Below, piece by piece: positions 12,690 through 24,808 of a stretch of DNA of 64,000 nucleotides. Location: assembly GCA_964016885.1 (NCBI GenBank), contig OZ024743.1:206584001-206648000 (forward strand), written 5' to 3'. The stretch is from Eledone cirrhosa. Its lineage: Eukaryota. The notes below the pieces were generated by a model. That model was given only the letters and a program-made list of their open reading frames with translations. It had not been told where the DNA came from and made no database searches. Each line of letters opens with the position of its first letter. Within the stretch, counting starts at the first letter, position 1. A program made the position numbers and the translations under genes.

Positions 12690-15600
12690 GATATTTGAAA
12701 TATTTCGAAAAGTAGAAAAAAATAGATTATTTTAGGTTTTTCGAAAAATAGAATATTTTACGTTTTTGATCAAAAAAATCAATTTTTGAAATATTTCGAA
12801 AAGTAGAAAAAAATAGATTATTTTAGGTTTTTCGAAAAATAGAATATTTTAGGTTTTTGATCAAAAAAATCAATTTCTGAATTATTTCGAAAAGTAGAAA
12901 AAAATAGATCATTTTAGGTTTTTTGAAAAATAGAATATTTTAGGTTTTGGATCAAAAAAATCAATTTTTGAAATATTTCGTAAAGTAGAAAAAAATAGAT
13001 TATTTTAGGTTTTTCGAAAAATAGAATATTTTAGGTTTTTGATAAAAAAAAATCAATTTTTGAAATTTTTCGAAAAGTAGAAAAAAATAGATTATTTTAG
13101 GTTTTTCGAAAAATAGAATATTTTAGGTTTTTGATCAGAAAAATCAATTTTTGAAATATTTCGAAAAGTAGAAAAAAATAGATTATTTAAGGTCTTTCGA
13201 AAAATAGAATATTTTAGGTTTTTGATAAAAAAAAATCAATTTTTGAAATATTTCGAAAAGTAGAAAAAAATAGATTATTTTAGGGTTTTCGAAATATAGA
13301 ATATTTTACGTTTTTGATCAAAAAAATCAATTTTTGAAATATTTCGAAAAGTAGAAAAAAATAGATTATATTAGGTTTTTCGAAAAATAGAATATTTTAC
13401 GTTTTTGATCAAAAAAATCAATTTTTGAAATATTTCGAAAAGTAGAAAAAAATAGATTATTTTAGGTTTTTCGAAAAATAGAATATTTTAGGTTTTTGAT
13501 CAAAAAAATCAATTTTTGAAATATTTCGAAAAGTAGAAAAAAATAGATTATTTTAGGTTTTTCGAAAAATAGAATATTTTAGGTATTTGATCAAAAAAAT
13601 CAATTTTTGAAATATTTCGAAAAGTAGAAAAAAATAGATTATTTTAGGTTTTTCGAAAAATAGAATATTTTAGGTTTTTGATCAAAAAAATCAATTTTTG
13701 AAATATTTCGAAAAGTAGAAAAAAATATATTATTTTAGGTTTTTCGAAAAATAGAATATTTTAGGTATTTGATCAAAAAAATCAATTTTTGAAATATTTC
13801 GAAAAGTAGAAAAAAATAGATTATTTTAGGTTTTTCGAAAAATAGAATATTTTACGTTTTTGATCAAAAAAATCAATGTTTGAAATATTTCGAAAAGTAG
13901 AAAAAAATAGATTATTTTAGGTTTTTCGAAAAATAGAATATTTTAGGTTTTTGATCAAAAAAAATCAATTTTTGAAATATTTCGAAAAGTAGAAAAAAGT
14001 AGATTATTTTAGGTTTTTCGAAAAATAGAATATTTTAGGTTTTTGCTCAAAAAAATCAATTTTTGAAATTTTTCGAAAAGTAGAAAAAAATAGATTATTT
14101 TAGGTTTTTCGAAATATAGAATATTTTAGGTTTTTGATCAAAAAAATCAATTTTTGAAATATTTCGAAAAGTAGATAAAAATAGATTAATTTAGGTTTTT
14201 CGAAAAATAGAATATTTTACGTTTTTGATCAAAAAAATCAATTTTTGAAATATTTCGAAAAGTAGATAAAAATAGATTAATTTAGGTTTTTCGAAAAATA
14301 GAATATTTTACGTTTTTGATCAAAAAAATCAATTTTTGAAATATTTCGAAAAGTAGAAAAAAATAGATTATTTTAGGTTTTTCGAAAAATAGAATATTTT
14401 AGGTTTTTGATCAAAAAAATCAATTTTTGAAATATTTCGAAAAGTAGAAAAAAATAGATTATTTTAGGTTTTTCGAAATATAGAATATTTTAGGTTTTTG
14501 ATCAAAAAAATCAATTTTTGAAATATTTCGAAAAGTAGAAAAAAATATATTATTTTAGGTTTTTCGAAAAATAGAATATTTTAGGTATTTGATCAAAAAA
14601 ATCAATTTTTGAAATATTTCGAAAAGTAGAAAAAAATAGATTATTTTAGGTTTTTCGAAAAATAGAATATTTTACGTTTTTGATCAAAAAAATCAATTTT
14701 TGAAATATTTCGAAAAGTAGAAAAAAATAGATTATTTTAGGTTTTTCGAAAAATAGAATATTTTAGGTTTTTGATCAAAGAAATCAATTTTTGAAATATT
14801 TCGAAAAGTAGAAAAAAATAGATTATTTTAGGTTTTTCGAAAAATAGAATATTTTAGGTTTTTGATCAAAGAAATCAATTTTTGAAATATTTCGAAAAGT
14901 AGAAAAAAATAGATTATATTAGGTTTTTCGAAATATAGAATATTTTGAAATATTTCGAAAAGTAGAAAAAAATAGATTATTTTAGGTTTTTCGAAAAATA
15001 GAATATTTTAGGTTTTTGATAAAAAAAATCAATTTTTGAAATATTTCGAAAAGTAGAAAAAAATAGATTATTTTAGGTTTTTCGAAATATAGAATATTTT
15101 ACGTTTTTGATCAAAAAAATCAATTTTTGAAATATTTCGAAAAGTAGAAAAAAATAGATTATATTAGGTTTTTCGAAAAATAGAATATTTTACGTTTTTG
15201 ATCAAAAAAATCAATTTTTGAAATGTTTCGAAAAGTAGAAAAAAATAGATTATTTTAGGTTTTTCGAAATATAGAATATTTTACGTTTTTGATCAAAAAA
15301 ATCAATTTTTGAAATATTTCGAAAAGTAGAAAAAAATAGATTATATTAGGTTTTTCGAAAAATAGAATATTTTACGTTTTTGATCAAAAAAAATCAATTT
15401 TTGAAATATTTCGAAAAGTAGAAAAAAATAGATTATTTTAGGTTTTTCGAAAAATAGAATATTTTACGTTTTTGATCAAAAAAATCAATTTTTGAAATAT
15501 TTCGAAAAGTAGAAAAAAATAGATTATTTTAGGTTTTTCGAAAAATAGAATATTTTAGGTTTTTGATCAAAAAAATCAATTTTTGAAATGTTTCGAAAAG

Positions 15601-15957
15601 TAGAAAAAAATAGATTATTTTAGGTTTTTCGAAATATAGAATATTTTACGTTTTTGATCAAAAAAATCAATTTTTGAAATATATCGAAAAGTAGAAAAAA
15701 ATAGATTATTTTAGGTTTTTCGAAAAGTAGAATATTTTACGTTTTTGATCAAAAAAATCAATTTTTGAAATATTTCGAAAAGTAGAAAAAAATAGATTAT
15801 TTTAGGTTTTTCGAAATATAGAATATTTTAGGTTTTTGATCAAAAAAATCAATTTTTGAAATATTTCGAAAAGTAGAAAAAAATATATTATTTTAGGTTT
15901 TTCGAAAAATAGAATATTTTAGGTATTTGATCAAAAAAATCAATTTTTGAAATATTT
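12690..15957. repeat. SatB tandem array, block B1 (91-bp AT-rich monomer, ~36 copies)
   Basis: AGTAG at 13441 and 13532 gives a 91-bp period. Consensus ATTTTTGAAATATTTCGAAAAGTAGAAAAAAATAGATTATTTTAGGTTTTTCGAAAAATAGAATATTTTA(G/C)GTTTTTGATCAAAAAAATCA, 16/91 GC. Confidence 0.98.
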
Positions 15958-18900
15958 TAGTCACAACTACTGTAAGACTACTGTGTCAGCACCACAGTCA
16001 CAACTACTGTAAGACCACTGTATCAACACCATAGTCATAACTACCGTAAAACCACTGTTTCAACACCATAGTCACAACTACAGTAAGACCACTGTATCAA
16101 CACGATAGTCATAACTATTGTAAGACCACTGTATGAACACCACAATCACAACTACAGTAAGACCACAGTATCAACACCATAGTCACAACTACTGTAAGAC
16201 AACTGTATGAAAACAATAGTCATAACTACCGTAAGACCACTGTATCAACACCATAGTCATAACTAATGTAAGACCACTGTATCAACACCATATTCACAAC
16301 TACTGTAAGACCACTGTATCAACACCATAGTCATAACTACCGTAAGACCACCTTATCAACACCATAGTCATAAGACCACTGTATCAACACCATAGTGACA
16401 ACTACTGTAAGACCACTGTATCAACACCATAGTCATAACTACTGTAAGACCACTCTATGAACACCACAGTCACAACTACAGTAAGACCACTTTATCAACA
16501 CCATAGTCACAACTACTGTAAGACCACTGTATCAACACCATAGTCACAACTACTGTAAGACTACTGTAAGACCACTGTATCAACACCATAGTCATAAATC
16601 CACTGTATCAACACCATAGTCACAATTACTGTAAGACAACTGTATCTACACCATAGTCACAACTACTGTAAGAACACTGTATCAACACCACAGCTACAAC
16701 TACTGTAAGACCACTGTATCAACACCACAGCCACAACTACTGTAAGACCATTGATTCAACACCGTAGTCACAACTACTGTAAGACTACTGTATCAACATC
16801 ACAGTCACAACTACTGTAAGATCACTGTAACAACACCACAGCTACAACTACTGTAAGACCACTGTATCAACACCACAGCCACAACTACTGTAAGACCATT
16901 GATTCAACACTGTAGTCACAACTACTGTAAGACCACTGTATCAACACCACAGTCACAACGTCTGTAAGACCACTGTATCAACACAAAATTCACAACTACT
17001 GTAAGCCTACTGTATCAACACCATAGTCACAACTACTGTAAGACCACTGTATAAACACCATAGTCATAACTACTGTAAGACCACTGTATAAAATCCATAG
17101 TCACAACTACTGTAAGACCACTGTATCAACAATACAGTCACAACTACTCTAAGACCACTGTATCAACACCACAGTCACAACTACTGTAAGACCACTGTAT
17201 CAACACCATAGTCATAACTACCGTAATACCACTGTATCAACACCATAGTCATAAGACCACTGTATGAACACCATAGTTACAACTACTGTAACACCATTGT
17301 ATCAACACCATAGTCATAACTACTGTAAGACCACTGTATCAACACCATAGTCATAAGACCACTGTATCAACACCATAGTCACAACTACTGTAATACCACT
17401 GTATCAACACCATAGTCACAACTACTGTAAGACCACTGTATCAACACCATAGTCATAAGACCACTGTATCAACAACATAGACACAACTACTGTAAGACCA
17501 CTGTATCAACACCATAGTCAAAACTACTATAGTACCACTGTATCAACACCATAGTCACAACTACTGTAGTACCACTGTATCAACACCATAGTCACAACTA
17601 CTGTAAGACCACTGTATCAACACCACGGTCACAACTACTGTAAGATCACTGTGTCAACACCATAGTCATAACGACCGTAAGACCACTGTATCAACACCAT
17701 AGTCAAAAGACCACTGTATCAACACCATCGTCACAACTACTGTAAGACCACTGTATCAACACCACAGTCACAACTACAGTAAGACCACTGTATCAACACC
17801 AGTCACAACTACTCTAAGACCACTGTATCAACACCACAGCCACAACTACTGTTAGACCACTGTATCAACACAATAATCACAACTGTTGTAAGACCACGGT
17901 ATCAACACCGTAGTCACAACTACTGTAAGACCACTGTATCAACACCACAGTCACAACGTCTGTTAGACCACTGAATAAACACCATAGTCACAACTACTGT
18001 AAGACCACTGTATCAACACCACAGTCACAGCTAGTCTAAGACCACTGTATCAACACCACAGTCACAACTACTGTAAGCCCACTTATAGTCTAAGACCACT
18101 GTATCAACACCACAGTCACAACTACTGTAAGCCCACTTATAGTCATAACTACTGTAAGACCACTGTATCAACACCATAGTCATAACTACTGTAAGATCAC
18201 TGTATCAACACCATAGTCACAACTACTGTAAGACTACTGTGTCAGCACCACAGTCACAACTACTGTAAGACCACTGTATCAACACCATAGTCACAACTAC
18301 AGTAAGACCACTGTATCAACACGATAGTCATAACTATTGTAAGACCACTGTATGAACACCACAATCACAACTACAGTAAGACCACAGTATCAACACCATA
18401 GTCACAACTACTGTAAGACCACTGTATGAAAACAATAGTCATAACTACCGTAAGACCACTGTATCAACACCATAGTCATAACTAATGTAAGACCACTGTA
18501 TCAACACCATATTCACAACTACTGTAAGACCACTGTATCAACACCATAGTCATAACTACCGTAAGACCACCTTATCAACACCATAGTCATAAGACCACTG
18601 TATCAACACCATAGTGACAACTACTGTAAGACCACTGTATCAACACCATAGTCATAACTACTGTAAGACCACTCTATGAACACCACAGTCACAACTACAG
18701 TAAGACCACTTTATCAACACCATAGTCACAACTACTGTAAGACCACTGTATCAACACCATAGTCACAACTACTGTAAGACTACTGTAAGACCACTGTATC
18801 AACACCATAATTATAAGTCCACTGTATCAACACCATAGTCACAATTAATGTAAGACAACTGTATCTACACCATAGTCACAACTACTGTAAGAACACTGTA

Positions 18901-21900
18901 TCAACACCACAGCTACAACTACTGTAAGACCACTGTATCAACACCACAGCCACAACTACTGTAAGACCATTGATTCAACACCGTAGTCACAACTACTGTA
19001 AGACTACTGTATCAACATCACAGTCACAACTACTGTAAGATCACTGTAACAACACCACAGCTACAACTACTGTAAGACCACTGTATCAACACCACAGCCA
19101 CAACTACTGTAAGACCATTGATTCAACACCGTAGTCACAACTACTGTAAGACCACTGTATCAACACCACAGTCACAACGTCTGTAAGACCACTGTATCAA
19201 CACAAAATTCACAACTACTGTAAGCCTACTGTATCAACGCCATAGTCACAACTACTGTAAGACCACTGTATAAACACCATAGTCATAACTACTGTAAGAC
19301 CGCCGTATAAAATCCATAGTCACAACTACTGTAAGACCACTGTATCAACAATACAGTCACAACTACTCTAAGACCACTGTATCAACACCACAGTCACAAC
19401 TACTGTAAGAACACTGTATCAACACCATAGTCATAACTACCGTAATACCACTGTATCAACACCATAGTCATAAGACCACTGTATGAACACCATAATTACA
19501 ACTACTGTAACACCATTGTATCAACACCATAGTCATAACTACTGTAAGACCACTGTATCAACACCATAGTCATAAGACCACTGTATCAACACCACAGTCA
19601 CAACGTCTGTAAGACCACTGTATCAACACAAAATTCACAACTACTGTAAGCCTACTGTATCAACACCATAGTCACAACTACTGTAAGACCACTGTATAAA
19701 CACCATAGTCATAACTACTGTAAGACCACTGTATAAAATCCATAGTCACAACTACTGTAAGACCACTGTATCAACAATACAGTCACAACTACTCTAAGAC
19801 CACTGTATCAACACCACAGTCACAACTACTGTAAGACCACTGTATCAACACCATAGTCATAAGACCACTGTATCAACAACATAGACACAACTACTATAGT
19901 ACCACTGTATCAACACCATAGTCACAACTACTGTAGTACCACTGTATCAACACCATAGTCACAACTACTGTAAGACCACTGTATCAACACCACGGTCACA
20001 ACTACTGTAAGATCACTGTGTCAACACCATAGTCATAACGACCGTAAGACCACTGTATCAACACCATAGTCAAAAGACCACTGTATCAACACCATCGTCA
20101 CAACTACTGTAAGACCACTGTATCAACACCACAGTCACAACTACAGTAAGACCACTGTATCAACACCAGTCACAACTACTCTAAGACCACTGTATCAACA
20201 CCACAGCCACAACTACTGTAAGACCACTGTATCAACACAATAATCACAACTATTGTAAGACCACGGTATCAACACCGTAGTCACAACTACTGTAAGACCA
20301 CTGTATCAACACCACAGTCACAACGTCTGTAAGACCACTGAATAAACACCATAGTCACAACTACTGTAAGACCACTGTATCAACACCACAGTCACAGCTA
20401 GTCTAAGACCACTGTATCAACACCACAGTCACAACTACTGTAAGCCCACTTATAGTCATAACTACTGTAAGACCACTGTATCAACACCATAGTCATAACT
20501 ACTGTAAGATCACTGTATCAACACCATAGTCACAACTACTGTAAGACTACTGTGTCAGCACCACAGTCACAACTACTGTAAGACCACTGTATCAACACCA
20601 TAGTCACAACTACAGTAAGACCACTGTATCAACACGATAGTCATAACTATTGTAAGACCACTGTATGAACACCACAATCACAACTACAGTAAGACCACAG
20701 TATCAACACCATAGTCACAACAACTGTAAGACCACTGTATGAAAACAATAGTCATAACTACCGTAAGACCACTGTATCAACACCATAGTCATAACTAATG
20801 TAAGACCACTGTATCAACACCATATTCACAACTACTGTAAGACCACTGTATCAACACCATAGTCATAACGACCGTAAGACCACTGTATCAACACCATAGT
20901 CAAAAGACCACTGTATCAACACCACCGTCACAACTACTGTAAGACCACTGTATCAACACCACAGTCACAACTACAGTAAGACCACTGTATCAACACCAGT
21001 CACAACTACTCTAAGACCACTGTATCAACACCACAGCCACAACTACTGTAAGACCACTGTATCAACATAATAATCACAACTATTGTAAGACCACGGTATC
21101 AACACCGTAGTCACAACTACTGTAAGACCACTGTATCAACACCACAGTCACAACGTCTGTAAGACCACTGAATAAACACCATAGTCACAACTACTGTAAG
21201 ACCACTGTATCAACACCACAGTCACAGCTAGTCTAAGACCACTGTATCAACACCACAGTCACAACTACTGTAAGCCCACTTATAGTCTAAGACCACTGTA
21301 TCAACACCACAGTCACAACTACTGTAAGCCCACTTATAGTCATAACTACTGTAAGACCACTGTATCAACACCATAGTCATAACTACTGTAAGATCACTGT
21401 ATCAACACCATAGTCACAACTACTGTAAGACTACTGTGTCAGCACCACAGTCACAACTACTGTAAGACCACTGTATCAACACCATAGTCACAACTACAGT
21501 AAGACCACTGTATCAACACGATAGTCATAACAATTGTAAGACCACTGTATGAACACCACAATCACAACTACAGTAAGACCACAGTATCAACACCATAGTC
21601 ACAACTACTGTATGACCACTGTATGAAAACAATAGTCATAACTACCGTAAGACCACTGTATCAACACCATAGTCATAACTAATGTAAGACCACTGTATCA
21701 ACACCATATTCACAACTACTGTAAGACCACTGTATCAACACCATAGTCATAACTACCGTAAGACCACCTTATCAACACCATAGTCATAAGACCACTGTAT
21801 CAACACCATAGTGACAACTACTGTAAGACCACTGTATCAACACCATAGTCATAACTACTGTAAGACCACTCTATGAACACCACAGTCACAACTACAGTAA

Positions 21901-24808
21901 GACCACTTTATCAACACCATAGTCACAACTACTGTAAGACCACTGTATCAACACCATAGTCACAACTACTGTAAGACTACTGTAAGACCACTGTATCAAC
22001 AACCATAGTCATAAGTCCACTGTATCAACACCATAGTCACAATTACTGTAAGACAACTGTATCTACACCATAGTCACAACTACTGTAAGAACACTGTATC
22101 AACACCACAGCTACAACTACTGTAAGACCACTGTATCAACACCACAGCCACAACTACTGTAAGACCATTGATTCAACACCGTAGTCACAACTACTGTAAG
22201 ACTACTGTATCAACATCACAGTCACAACTACTGTAAGATCACTGTAACAACACCACAGCTACAACTACTGTAAGACCACTGTATCAACACCACAGCCACA
22301 ACTACTGTAAGACCATTGATTCAACACCGTAGTCACAACTACTGTAAGACCACTGTATCAACACCACAGTCACAACGTCTGTAAGACCACTGTATCAACA
22401 CAAAATTCACAACTACTGTAAGCCTACTGTATCAACACCATAGTCACAACTACTGTAAGACCACTGTATAAACACCATAGTCATAACTACTGTAAGACCA
22501 CTGTATAAAATCCATAGTCACAACTACTGTAAGACCACTGTATCAACAATACAGTCACAACTACTCTAAGACCACTGTATCAACACCACAGTCACAACTA
22601 CTGTAAGACCACTGTATCAACACCATAGTCATAACTACCGTAATACCACTGTATCAACACCATAGTCATAAGACCACTGTATGAACACCATAGTTACAAC
22701 TACTGTAACACCATTGTATCAACACCATAGTCATAACTACTGTAAGACCACTGTATCAACACCATAGTCATAAGACCACTGTATCAACAACATAGATACA
22801 ACTACTGTAAGACCACTGTATCAACACCATAGTCAAAACTACTATAGTACCACTGTATCAACACCATAGTCACAACTACTGTAGTACCACTGTATCAACA
22901 CCATAGTCACAACTACTGTAAGACCACTGTATCAACACCACAGTCACAACTACTGTAAGATCACTGTGTCAACACCATAGTCATAACGACCGTAAGACCA
23001 CTGTATCAACACCACAGTCACAACTACAGTAAGACCACTGTATCAACACCAGTCACAACTACTCTAAGACCACTGTATCAACACCACAGCCACAACTACT
23101 GTTAGACCACTGTATCAACACAATAATCACAACTATTGTAAGACCACGGTATCAACACCGTAGTCACAACTACTGTAAGACCACTGTATCAACACCACAG
23201 TCACAACGTCTGTTAGACCACTGAATAAACACCATAGTCACAACTACTGTAAGACCACTGTATCAACACCACAGTTACAGCTAGTCTAAGACCACTGTAT
23301 CAACACCACAGTCACAACTACTGTAAGCCCACTTATAGTCTAAGACCACTGTATCAACACCACAGTCACAACTACTGTAAGCCCACTTATAGTCATAACT
23401 ACTGTAAGACCACTGTATCAACACCATAGTCATAGCTACTGTAAGATCACTGTATCAACACCATAGTCACAACTACTGTAAGACTACTGTGTCAGCACCA
23501 CAGTCACAACTACTGTAAGACCACTGTATCAACACCATAGTCACAACTACAGTAAGACCACTGTATCAACACGATAGTCATAACTATTGTAAGACCACTG
23601 TATGAACACCACAATCACAACTACAGTAAGACCACAGTATCAACACCATAGTCACAACTACTGTAAGACCACTGTATGAAAACAATAGTCATAACTACCG
23701 TAAGACCACTGTATCAACACCATAGTCATAACTAATGTAAGACCACTGTATCAACACCATATTCACAACTACTGTAAGACCACTGTATCAACACCATAGT
23801 CATAAGACCACTGTATCAACAACATAGACACAACTACTGTAAGACCACTGTATCAACACCATAGTCAAAACTACTATAGTACCACTGTATCAACACCATA
23901 GTCACAACTACTGTAGTACCACTGTATCAACACCATAGTCACAACTACTGTAAGACCACTGTATCAACACCACGGTCACAACTACTGTAAGATCACTGTG
24001 TCAACACCATAGTCATAACGACCGTAAGACCACTGTATCAACACCATAGTCACAACTACTGTAAGACCACTGTATCAACACCACAGTCACAACTACAGTA
24101 AGACCACTGTATCAACACCAGTCACAACTACTCTAAGACCACTGTATCAACACCACAGCCACAACTACTGTGAGACCACTGCATCAACACAATAATCACA
24201 ACTATTGTAAGACCACGGTATCAACACCGTAGTCACAACTACTGTAAGACCACTGTATCAACACCACAGTCACAACGTCTGTAAGACCACTGAATAAACA
24301 CCATAGTCACAACTACTGTAAGACCACTGTATCAACACGACAGTCACAACTAGTCTAAGATCACTGTATCAACACCATAGTCACAACTACTGTAAGACTA
24401 CTGTGTCAGCACCACAGTCACAACTACTGTAAGACCACTGTATCAACACCATAGTCACAACTACAGTAACACCACTGTATCAACACGATAGTCATAACTA
24501 TTGTAAGACCACTGTATCAACACCAAAGTCATAAGACCACAGTATCAACACCATAGTCACAACTACTGTAAGACCACTGTATGAAAACAATAGTCATAAC
24601 TACCGTAAGACCACTGTATCAACACCATAGTCATAACTAATGTAAGACCACTGTAACAACACCATAATCACAACTACTGTAAGACCACTGTATCAACACC
24701 ATAGTCACGATATTTGAAATATTTCGATAGTCACAATAACTGTAAGAACACTGTATCAACACCACAGTCATAACTACTGTAAGACCACTGTATCAACACC
24801 ATAGTCAC
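15958..24808. repeat. SatA block A2 (8,851 bp)
   Basis: 37-bp monomers. Variant order matches A1 from 3877 onward and matches A3. Confidence 0.98.
24709..24726. other. Junction stutter, copy 2
   Basis: Same 18-mer, 100 bp before the junction at 24809. Confidence 0.95.

Noticed and set aside
13441-13531. Common ancestry of SatA and SatB (91 = 26+28+37; SatA has 37- and 28-bp units)
   Set aside because: There is no sequence similarity on either strand, so the length match is treated as coincidence.
12690-15957. ORF in SatB
   Set aside because: The 91-bp period shifts frame, there are several TAG/TGA per monomer on + and TAA/TGA on -, and homopolymer indels are frequent.
12690-15957. Heat-shock elements from the GAA/TTC motifs
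   Set aside because: Spacing is TTCGAA or GAA-n4-TTC, not the canonical nGAAnnTTCnnGAAn.
15958-24808. Nucleosome-sized multiples of SatA (4x37=148, 5x37=185)
   Set aside because: Any short monomer has a multiple near these sizes, and the variant cassettes show no 4- or 5-mer periodicity that I could see.
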